Below, in pieces: positions 28,997-37,700 of a stretch of 64,000 nucleotides of DNA (its first letter is position 1; the number at the start of each line of letters is the position of its first letter). The DNA is from a virus (taxonomy: Duplodnaviria > Caudoviricetes). The stretch covers positions 64,001 through 128,000 of IMG/VR virus record IMGVR_UViG_3300043812_000016; one strand, 5' to 3'. The position numbers and the translations under genes are program-made. The notes beneath the pieces were generated by a model. The model worked only from the letters and a program-made list of their open reading frames with translations. It did not search any database and was not told the origin of the DNA.

Positions 28997-30163
28997 ATGA
29001 GTAGAAGAAAAACAATAGAAGAATTTAAGCAGGAAGTTTACAATTTAGTAGGTAACGAGTATACAGTAAAGTCTAATACATACGTTAATGCTCATACTAA
29101 GTTGTTGATAATACATAATAAGTGTGGCTATGGGTGGAAGGTTACACCTCTTAGATTTAATCGTGGACAACGTTGTCCCATCTGCTCTAAAAAGCCTAAG
29201 GATAGTGCTGAGAGGTTAGCCTATGAGGTTTTAATAGATACAAATAATAATTGGTATTTAGATTATAATACTAAATCTGATATTTTTCTTACTAGTAGGG
29301 TTAATCTTATTAATTGGAAGACAGGAGAATCAGTGAATTTAACTTGGAACAAATTTAGGGTAGGAGGCATTAATGACTCATCTTTTAAATATTTAGTTAG
29401 TAGTATTAAGAATAATTCAGTAAAGAAACGAGTTCAGTTAACTAAATTAGCTATTAGTAAAATTACTCCACCCTTAGTATTTAAACATCATTTTGACTCG
29501 ATTGTTAATGGTAATTATATGTTACTTAGTCCTTATCAAGGTTCAAATAAAAAGATTAAAGTGAAACATCTTGTCTGTGGAAATACTTATTGGGTAAGGC
29601 AGGATAAGTTTATTAATGAGGGCCAAAGATGTGCTTGGTGTGCTTCGCATCACAGCATTCAATCCTATAGTAAGAGACTTAGTGATGTTAGTAAGTCTCG
29701 ATATATACTTATAAATAATAATGAGTTTAAGAATAGCAAGTCTTATGCTACTTATTTGTGTACTCGTTGTGGACGTAGGTTTAAGCAACGTGCTGATTTA
29801 ATGTTGCAGGGGTATGGTTGCCCTTATTGTAATCAGTCTACTGGGGAGAGATTAGTTGATAGGGTCCTTTCACAGGTCTACCAATTAGAGGAGTCTCAAG
29901 ATTTTTACTATGGTTATGTATTGCCTAATAAATTACATTTAGACTTCTATTTACCTTCATCTAACTTAGCTATTGAATATGATGGTAAACAACATTATGT
30001 ACCTGTAGACTATTTTGGTGGAGAAGAAGGATTTAAAAAGATTCAAGATAGGGATAGAAAAAAAGATAAGTATTGTAAGGAGTGTGGTATCAAGCTAATT
30101 AGGATTCCCTATACTATTAATACCTATAGAGGGATAAAAGAGCTACTAGCCTCTTACCTGTGA
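28997..30163 (+). CDS. Free-standing putative homing endonuclease (Zn-ribbon repeats plus Vsr/DUF559-like nuclease)
   Basis: MSRRKTIEEF start and three Cys/His repeats. C-terminal LHLDFYLP...IEYDGKQHY...RDRKKDKYC...LIRIPY. Has its own promoter and RBS. Confidence 0.8.
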   Translation: MSRRKTIEEFKQEVYNLVGNEYTVKSNTYVNAHTKLLIIHNKCGYGWKVTPLRFNRGQRCPICSKKPKDSAERLAYEVLIDTNNNWYLDYNTKSDIFLTSRVNLINWKTGESVNLTWNKFRVGGINDSSFKYLVSSIKNNSVKKRVQLTKLAISKITPPLVFKHHFDSIVNGNYMLLSPYQGSNKKIKVKHLVCGNTYWVRQDKFINEGQRCAWCASHHSIQSYSKRLSDVSKSRYILINNNEFKNSKSYATYLCTRCGRRFKQRADLMLQGYGCPYCNQSTGERLVDRVLSQVYQLEESQDFYYGYVLPNKLHLDFYLPSSNLAIEYDGKQHYVPVDYFGGEEGFKKIQDRDRKKDKYCKECGIKLIRIPYTINTYRGIKELLASYL

Positions 30164-30165
30164 TG

Positions 30166-30193
30166 GGGTGTCTATTAAATTAGACACCTTTTT
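30166..30193 (+). terminator. Terminator
   Basis: GGTGTCTA-ttaaat-TAGACACC followed by T5. Confidence 0.8.
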
Positions 30194-30273
30194 GTTTTGT
30201 TCTATATTAATTATTGACCACTAAGATATATCTTAAAATTTTACTTTTCTAATTAGAAAGGAGTTGTCGATAA

Positions 30274-30955
30274 TTGGCAACTGTAGCAGGACAAACGGTA
30301 AACACGGGTAACCGAATTTATATTATGTGTAAGAACCATTTAATTGCACGTGCTCAAAGTTTGACAGCTAATAGAAGTTACGGTACCGAAGGGGTATACG
30401 AAATCGGATCCATTAACTAGCATAGTGGTGGTTAACAGTAATGTTAATTGAAAAATTCTACTAAACGGGTAAAGCTGAATAACTGAATTGAATAGGCTAG
30501 TAAGAAAGGCTACGTCCAGAGGTGGATAGAGCTAACCAACCGTTCTAAAACAAAAGACTAACGATTAAGTCCTTATTAGATTAAGATAAGGTAATGTAGA
30601 ACCTCTTATAGAGAGGAAGATATAATCTAATCTTTTTAGAAATAAGTAGTTAATATAATGTATGCCAAGGGAACACGTATACCTCAAATATACGGGTTCT
30701 CTTACACTAGAAAGATTTCGTATGGTACGAGATAACCTTGCATCTAAACAAATGGATATAGCCCATCTGGGAGAAGACATCTTGCAAGCTGACGTTTTAA
30801 CCATTTCTGTAATGGATAGCGTTACTAAAATGGTAGTCGAAGCGTTTTACGGATGCAGTGCTTCCACCTACAACACCAGTTATAGAGCCAATCAAATCGT
30901 ATCTGAATCTATTGAGTTTCTTTACCTCAGCTCTTCGACTGGCTCACAGTCATAA
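30274..30955 (+). CDS. Tail tube protein, intron-split: join(30274..30413,30661..30955), 144 aa
   Basis: Exon 1 MATVAGQTVNTGNRIYIMCKNHLIARAQSLTANRSYGTEGVYEIGS(I) plus exon 2 MPREHVYLKYTG... rebuilds the K/Twort tube motif QTVxTGN...GVYEIGSIMPxEHVYL. TTG start with RBS AAAGGAG. Confidence 0.93.
30414..30660 (+). mobile_element. ORF-less group I self-splicing intron (247 nt) in the tail tube gene
   Basis: 5' exon ends in U and the intron ends in G. P1 CCAU|UA/UAGUGG with a U-G pair at the splice site. P10 GCAUA pairs with exon 2 UAUGC. P2 has a GUAA loop. P3 UUCUAC/GUAGAA, P4 AACGG/CCGUU, R-like AGACUA, P8 CCUCU/AGAGG, S-like AAGAUAUAAUCU. Confidence 0.93.
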
Positions 30956-30993
30956 TTATTATATGGTGTATTGATAACTAAATAAATTAATTT

Positions 30994-31042
30994 AATAGCG
31001 TATATCATAATCTAATATCTAGGTAACGATATACGCTATTTT
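30994..31042 (+). terminator. Inverted repeat/terminator after the tail tube gene
   Basis: AATAGCGTATATC ... GATATACGCTATT 13-bp stem followed by Ts. Confidence 0.7.
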
Positions 31043-31125
31043 ATATGCTTTATTTCTTTTGATAAAATATACTCTTGAATGATAAATTAATTGGGGTATA
31101 ATTATATAAGAAAGAAGGAATAGTA

Positions 31126-32973
31126 TTGAAAAAATTAACTTTTGAAGAATTTAATTATAGGGCACAGCGTATGCTAGGATCTAGTTATGTTTTTTACCCT
31201 CCATATAAGGATATGAAAACGCCTATTAAATATAAGCATTTAGTGTGTGGGACTACTGGAACTTTAATTCCTGATAATATTTTTAGAGGTAAAGCTAAAT
31301 GTAAGTATTGTAGTATGAGGAGGAGATCTGGTAGACGTATGATAACAGACGATGAGTTTAGGAAGAGGCTACATAAAGTTCGCCCTAGCGATGATATTAT
31401 TTTACTTGAGCCTATACATGGTATTTTTAAGAAAACCAAGGCAAAATGTCTCGTGTGTGGGTATGGTTCAAAAGGTGAATGGACTCCTCTTCCAGTTAAC
31501 TTATTAAAGGGTAAAGGGTGTCCTAATTGTGCAGGTAATGCTCCTAAAACACCAGATAGTGTAATTAAAGAAGTTAGAGATTTAGGGAATGGTGAGTATG
31601 AATTATTAGGAACTAAGAGAACTAAAAAAGATGGTTTATGGTTACATTTACTCCATAAAGAGTGCGAAAATGATTATTGGGTTCGTGACTATAGTTTCAT
31701 ACATGGTTATCGTTGTAAATTTTGTGCTAACAAAGCAACAGGCGACAGATGTAGGCTATCCTTAGACGAAGTTAAGCAACGAATTACAAGGGTTGCTGAT
31801 GGTCGTTATACATATGTAAGTGGTAATTATAAGAACAACCAAAGCCCTATCTATGTAAGGCACAACGTATGTGGTACTGTGTTTAAAACCACATGGGGGC
31901 AACTTAGTGCTAATAAGGGCTTGTGTCCTAATTGTGGGTCTTCTAATGGTGAACAGGCGATTATGAACTATTTAGTATCACACAGGGTTAGTTACTCTTA
32001 TGGCTACTTAATTCCAGACTTAATAGATAAGAAAAATCTTCACTTTGACTTCTGGTTGCCTCAAGTCAATACTGCTATAGAATATGATGGTCAACAGCAT
32101 TTTAAGCCTGTCGATTTGTTTGGAGGTAAAGAGCGCTATGAATTACAGAAGAAACACGATAGGATGAAAGATGATTACTGTAAGAAAAAAGGTATTAATT
32201 TAATTAGGATTAAGTATAATGAAAATATTAAAGATACTTTAAATTGTTATCTTTTACCTCTAGTAGATAAGCTTAGTGATGTTGATTTTAGAAAGGTAGA
32301 AAGTACAGAGCTTAATGAGTTAATGATTAAGTATCATTATTTACACCGTAAAGTGACTACTTCTTATTGTTATGGTTTATATTATCGAGGAAGTCTGGCA
32401 GGAATGGTAACATATACGAGACCTAGAATTAGCCTTGCTCAGTCAATCTCGCCTTTAGCTAATAAAGATAACACCCTAGAATTATCCCGATTATACATAA
32501 AAGACGAAGTAAGCCAAAACTTAAAGAATATTACTTCTAAGTTTGTCTCATGGACTTTAAGACAATTAAAGCAAGAGCAAGATGGCAACTGGTTTATTAT
32601 CTCTTTTGCCGATCAAGGTATGCACCATACGGGAGCAATCTATCAAGCTACTAATTTCTTATACTGTGGGACTACTAAACATCGTGAATACTCTTGGAAT
32701 GGATATGGTAAGCATGGCGGTGTATGGGAAAAAGGTCATTACTATAGGTATATGATAATTAGTCCTATCAAATATCGTTACATTATGTTCTTAGGATCAA
32801 AGACTTTTAAGAAACAAGCCCGTAAGACCCTTAAATTTGATATTGAACCTTATCCTAAACAAGATAGCGTTCACTATTCTGTAGGTGATACAGAGGAAAG
32901 ACTAATTCGAGACCGAGAAACTGGTAAGATTTGGAAAGAGTCTGAGTTAGTTAAACATCTAAAGAAAGATTAA
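31126..32973 (+). CDS. Fusion protein: Zn-ribbon repeats, Vsr/DUF559-like endonuclease and Mom-like GNAT domain
   Basis: Four Cys/His repeats, then LHFDFWLP...IEYDGQQHF...HDRMKDDYC, then YHYLHR...LELSRL...FADQGMHHTGAIYQATNFLYCG in one frame. Promoter TTGAAT...TATAAT and RBS AAGGA upstream. Confidence 0.85.
   Translation: MKKLTFEEFNYRAQRMLGSSYVFYPPYKDMKTPIKYKHLVCGTTGTLIPDNIFRGKAKCKYCSMRRRSGRRMITDDEFRKRLHKVRPSDDIILLEPIHGIFKKTKAKCLVCGYGSKGEWTPLPVNLLKGKGCPNCAGNAPKTPDSVIKEVRDLGNGEYELLGTKRTKKDGLWLHLLHKECENDYWVRDYSFIHGYRCKFCANKATGDRCRLSLDEVKQRITRVADGRYTYVSGNYKNNQSPIYVRHNVCGTVFKTTWGQLSANKGLCPNCGSSNGEQAIMNYLVSHRVSYSYGYLIPDLIDKKNLHFDFWLPQVNTAIEYDGQQHFKPVDLFGGKERYELQKKHDRMKDDYCKKKGINLIRIKYNENIKDTLNCYLLPLVDKLSDVDFRKVESTELNELMIKYHYLHRKVTTSYCYGLYYRGSLAGMVTYTRPRISLAQSISPLANKDNTLELSRLYIKDEVSQNLKNITSKFVSWTLRQLKQEQDGNWFIISFADQGMHHTGAIYQATNFLYCGTTKHREYSWNGYGKHGGVWEKGHYYRYMIISPIKYRYIMFLGSKTFKKQARKTLKFDIEPYPKQDSVHYSVGDTEERLIRDRETGKIWKESELVKHLKKD
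32443..32916 (+). repeat. Dispersed repeat: Mom-like core shared with 2687-3160
   Basis: 32443-32676 and 2687-2920 encode 78 identical aa with only synonymous differences. 32767-32916 and 3011-3160 encode 48 of 50 identical aa. Confidence 0.92.
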
Positions 32974-33094
32974 GGGGAATTAAGAAAGAGGTATAACAAC
33001 GAAACTGTTGGAGAATATTCTTTCTTTTTATAATTAAGTATTGACAACCTGTCTATTCTATTGTATTATAATAGCTGTAAAGGAGTTGTTAAGT

Positions 33095-33709
33095 ATGCGA
33101 AGAAAAACTGATAAAGAATTTAAACAAGAATTGCATGATTTAGTAGGTGATGAATATACAGCTTTAGATCATTATGAGAAAGGAACAATTAAGATTCATA
33201 TTAAGCATAATAAATGTGGTCATGTGCTATATGTTTATCCTTTGGCTTTTTTACAGAGACCTCACTGCCCTTATTGTAGTGGTCGCCCACGTTACACCCC
33301 AGCAGAGTATAGGGAGTATGTAAAAGAAATGACTAATGACGAATACGAGGTTTTAGATGATTTTGTAAATAATAGGACACCAATTCGTTATAAGCATAAG
33401 AAATGTGGTACTGTATTTAAGACTCTTCCTAATACCTTTAGTGTTGGGTCTGCTCGCTGTCCTGTATGTGCTAATAAGATTCGTTCTAAGAAGCAATCCT
33501 TAACTACTGAGGAATTTAAGGAGCGAGTTCGTAACTTACCACATGGAGACGAATTCGAAGTTCTATCTGAATATAAAGGCTACCACCAACGTGTTACCTT
33601 TAAGCATAAGAAGTGTGATACTGTATGGATGACTACCCCAGCCAGTTTCTTTCTTAGTAAACATAAGTGTCCGGTATGTGCAATTAATTCAACTAGAAAG
33701 GTTAAGTAA
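33095..33709 (+). CDS. Zn-ribbon repeat protein lacking the nuclease domain
   Basis: MRRKTDKEF start and three HxKC...CPxC repeats, ending right after the third. TTGACA promoter and AAGGAG RBS upstream. Confidence 0.75.
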   Translation: MRRKTDKEFKQELHDLVGDEYTALDHYEKGTIKIHIKHNKCGHVLYVYPLAFLQRPHCPYCSGRPRYTPAEYREYVKEMTNDEYEVLDDFVNNRTPIRYKHKKCGTVFKTLPNTFSVGSARCPVCANKIRSKKQSLTTEEFKERVRNLPHGDEFEVLSEYKGYHQRVTFKHKKCDTVWMTTPASFFLSKHKCPVCAINSTRKVK

Positions 33710-33711
33710 TC

Positions 33712-34704
33712 ATGGAAGAAGTAATTAAAAACTATTTAGATAATGTAGATAAAGTAGAAGAAGGATTATCCCGAAAGAAGAAGCTGTTAAATAAGTTTGA
33801 CAATATTTCAGATCTATTTAATTTCTTATATGTAGGTAATCTTACTAAGGACTTATCCTTCTATGATCCTAGCCATGACTCCTTAGTTTTAGACGATGGT
33901 TTGTTTAATGGTAATGAAAAGGCAATGAGAGAGGCTTTGGGGGCTGAATTTAAGAAAAGGTTAGAAAGTATCGGAATTAAGAATGTGGGGGTAGACACGG
34001 ATGGCTGGAGATTAGGATTTAATATTCCGTCTCCTTACTCTAATGATATTGTAATTGAGTCTTTAATCCCCAACCATAATGTTAAGTTAAATTATTATGC
34101 AGACGTTAACTCTTTAAACCAGTTATCCAGAGTAGACGAAATTAATATTGACTTAGTTCTAAAGTACTTTAATCCAATGGCTAACTATGGACGTTTTAAA
34201 TGGGATCTAAAAGGTATCATTGCTCAATCAGCGAATGGGCATGATAATGAGTTTTGGTATGATGATTTATTAACTGCTTTATCGACAGATCGTGACTATT
34301 TAATTCAATGCTTGACCTTATTTAGGGGTATGCAATATGATGATGACTCTATAGAATATCCTAATTACTTGTCTGAACGGTTAAAGAGTACTGTTGAAAG
34401 ATTAGAGTCTATCCATGCTTATACCCAAAAGGGTTTAGCTAAAAAGATTAAAAAGGAACTTAAAAAGTCATACTTAGAACATCAAATTGATATTATGATT
34501 AAGCCTAAGTATTTCTACTACAATCGGAAATTTAACCAGTTTAAGCAAGATATTGACCACGCAGAAATATGGAGTAACACTATTGAACTTCGTAAGTCTA
34601 CAGAAGATTATTACCGTGGTATCTTTACTGGGCTATTTAATAAGAAAGTTAATATTAACTGGTTTGTTAAAAATTATAATGACGATTATGTAAAATTTAA
34701 ATAA
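33712..34704 (+). CDS. Hypothetical protein
   Basis: 330-aa ORF with no recognised motif. Confidence 0.7.
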   Translation: MEEVIKNYLDNVDKVEEGLSRKKKLLNKFDNISDLFNFLYVGNLTKDLSFYDPSHDSLVLDDGLFNGNEKAMREALGAEFKKRLESIGIKNVGVDTDGWRLGFNIPSPYSNDIVIESLIPNHNVKLNYYADVNSLNQLSRVDEINIDLVLKYFNPMANYGRFKWDLKGIIAQSANGHDNEFWYDDLLTALSTDRDYLIQCLTLFRGMQYDDDSIEYPNYLSERLKSTVERLESIHAYTQKGLAKKIKKELKKSYLEHQIDIMIKPKYFYYNRKFNQFKQDIDHAEIWSNTIELRKSTEDYYRGIFTGLFNKKVNINWFVKNYNDDYVKFK

Positions 34705-34710
34705 TATAAT

Positions 34711-34784
34711 TCCCTCTTTCAGAACTACATTAAGAGTAGAATAAAAGCAATTCTGTTATACAATGTAGAATAATGAAAGGGGGA
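34711..34784 (+). promoter_or_regulatory. Long hairpin occluding the RBS of the large tail gene
   Basis: TCCCTCTTTCA pairs with TGAAAGGGGGA, CTACATT with AATGTAG, and AGTAGAAT with ATTCTGTT. GTG start at 34791. Confidence 0.6.
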
Positions 34785-34790
34785 TTTTTT

Positions 34791-37700
34791 GTGGGTCAAA
34801 AGATCAATATACCCTCACAAAATCAACCGTTTAGAAAGCAATCTTCTCTAGGTGGAGATGTTAGCTTTCGGAATTTAAACGGAACAAATGATAATTCATT
34901 TATTACTTTAGCTAAGGTAACAAAAGTTTATTATAAACAAGGTAAATTAGATTTTAAATTAACTAATACTGTTTCTATTGTACAAGAGCAGGGTGGAGAC
35001 GGTTCTGGGTCTGCTCCAATTCCTGTTGACTTCTTTGGGCGTAAACCAGACGGTCAAGTTTTTGGTCATTACCGTCCAGTTAAAGTTGGAGACTTAATTG
35101 CAATCGCTTATATCAATGGTCACCGTTCTAACCCAATTGTAATTGGTGTTTATCCCGATTCTGCACCAGATTATGAATTGATTTCACCATCAATGTTTGA
35201 AACTGGTGATGATAATGACTCTGGGATTGCTGAGACTGGTTTAGCTGAACAAAAGGTTTATCCGTCTATGCAGACTAGTTATCGTTCTGGTTCGGGAACA
35301 ATTGCAGAAGCTTTAAATGGTCATTCTTTCTTAATCTTAGATGATGAAACAGCTAATCAATATGACCAGCTTTGGACTGATTATGAGTCTGTTGGTTTCT
35401 TTAACCATAATGGAGAAACAACTAACCCATTAAAAGAAGAAGCTGGTAGCTGGTTATTAGTTCACGAGGATAATCCAGACGGTGATGGTGATGGTCACCG
35501 TACTCGTTTCTATGTTAATCCTAAAGGTGAAATTCAAATTGTCCTTATGGGTTCTGACTCAGAGGGTGATGTTTCTGTATTAGAAGGTTCTCGTAAAGAC
35601 GGGTTTACTCTTAAGCATTATAACGATCTTTCATCAATTAAAGCTGGTGATAAGGGGCAAGATGTTTATAATCCAGACTTTGACGTTGCTAAGAAATACG
35701 TAGAGCTTAATATTGGTAAAGATCAGTCTATTCTTATGCAAGCTGTAGACCAAGGCTTTTCTGGTGGTAATACTAGTCTTACAGTTAAGCCAGATGGTGT
35801 TTACTTAAACGATAAGCCTTTAAATGCAAGCATTACAGACTCGGTAAGAGAACATAGTAAAGAAGTAGCAGACGCTATTTCTAAAGATTTAACCTCTACT
35901 AAAGAGTGGGAGGACTTTGATAAGCGGGTTACTCAAGCTGGTAAGGACGCTAAAGACGCTGGTGATAAAGCTAAGCAAGCTGGTGAAGATGCTAAGCAAG
36001 CTGGTATCAGCGCAGAAAAAGCAGGAGAAGACGCTAAGAAAACTGGTGAGGATATTAAGCGTCACGTTATTTACTATGCTTCTGCTTTCCCTCAAGGAGA
36101 TCATTACATTCCGGGTAAGTATTTAGCAATTAATACTGAAACTTATATTGCTAATGGTATTATTAAGTCTGCGATGATTGAAGATGGGGCTATTGATAAT
36201 GCTAAGATTGCTTATGAAGCTGTTGGTAGTTCACAGATTGAAGACTTGGCTGTTACTCGTGGTAAATTAGCATACATGGCTGTTGGAACTGCTCAAATTG
36301 AAGATCTTGCTGTATCTGATGAAAAAGTAGACCACCTTTCCTTTAATCATATGGAGGGGGAATTATTAGATGCCCATAAGATTAGAGTTCGTAATCTTTC
36401 GGGTGATAGTATTTCTGCTAAAACTCTTACTGCTGATAAATTAATTATTGGTGAATTAGGGGATATTACAGATAAGTTAGGAACCATTGCTGATGGTAAG
36501 ATTATTGTTAAAGGTAATGGCAAAAATTCAGGGGTTTCATTAGAGGGACTAGACGCAGATAACCCCGATGTTTATACTCCAAGTAAGAAAGCTATTTTAG
36601 CTAATATTGTCAAGGCTATTAGGTCTAGTGCTTTGGCTAGTTTAGACTACGCTAAGCAAGTAGGTTTAAGTAATGATCCCGTAGCAATAGATTTACAGAA
36701 TAAATATAACGCAATGGTTGACGGTTTAGCTCCTATCTTTAATGATATGACTGCTACTACTAACTTTGACCATAATACAGTTGAGAAATTAACATCTGAT
36801 TGTAATAATGCAATTGATAAATTCCAAAACCTTGCCAATAGTCAATTAAATCGTAAGATTGGGCAAACCGCTGATAATAAGAATTCTGTTTATCAAGGCT
36901 ATGAACAGCCTGCTAATCCACACATTAATGATATATGGTTCCAAGAGAATTCAGACGGAACTTATCAGATTAGAGTTTACGATGGCGGATCTTGGATTAG
37001 TCCCGGTATGCAGGATATTAAAGAAGTACAAGAGTCACTACAAAACCTACCCCGTTCTTATTATCAAGCTTCTGCACCTACTGGTAATATTTCAGCCGGC
37101 AGTACATGGTATAAGCTAGAAAGAGGATCAGATGGTAATTACACCTATACTCCTTATAAGTGGGAGAATAAGCAATGGGTTAAGATGCTATCTAGTGATC
37201 AAGTAGTAGCTTCTCGTGATATTCGAAGTTTGCAGGATGACTTAAAAGACGTTAATGGTAATCTTACTAAGTTAAATAATCAGGTAATATATGATAAAAC
37301 AAATATTCAAGCAGACTATAATGGTAAAATAGAAGCTGTTAACAATGTTGTTAATAGTAATAAAGCAACTACTGATAAGGCATTAAGTGATAACCTTAGT
37401 ACTGCTAAAGGATATGCAGATGATAGGGCTAATGGGGCTTTAGCTAGTGCTACTAAATATGTAGATACACAGCTTAAAATTAGTAAGGAAGGACTAGAGT
37501 CACAGATTTTAGGTACTGGTGGGGGAGTAAACCTTGCTCTAGCATCTGATAGTGATTGGTCTGTTCCAGCTTCTGGTGCTTATATTGGTGATTCTAATAA
37601 ATGTATAGAGCTTTCTCGTTATGTATTGGATGGGGATAACTTTAGTAAAGGTGATACTATTACTTATTCAGTTCATCTAAGTTTTAGCGGTATTAAAGGT

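Noticed and set aside
30662-30955. 97-aa stand-alone ORF starting MPREHV
   Set aside because: It is exon 2 of the intron-split tail tube gene.
2687-32916. The Mom-like duplication as a diversity-generating retroelement template/variable repeat pair
   Set aside because: Differences are synonymous and not adenine-specific, both copies are coding, and no reverse transcriptase is present in the window.
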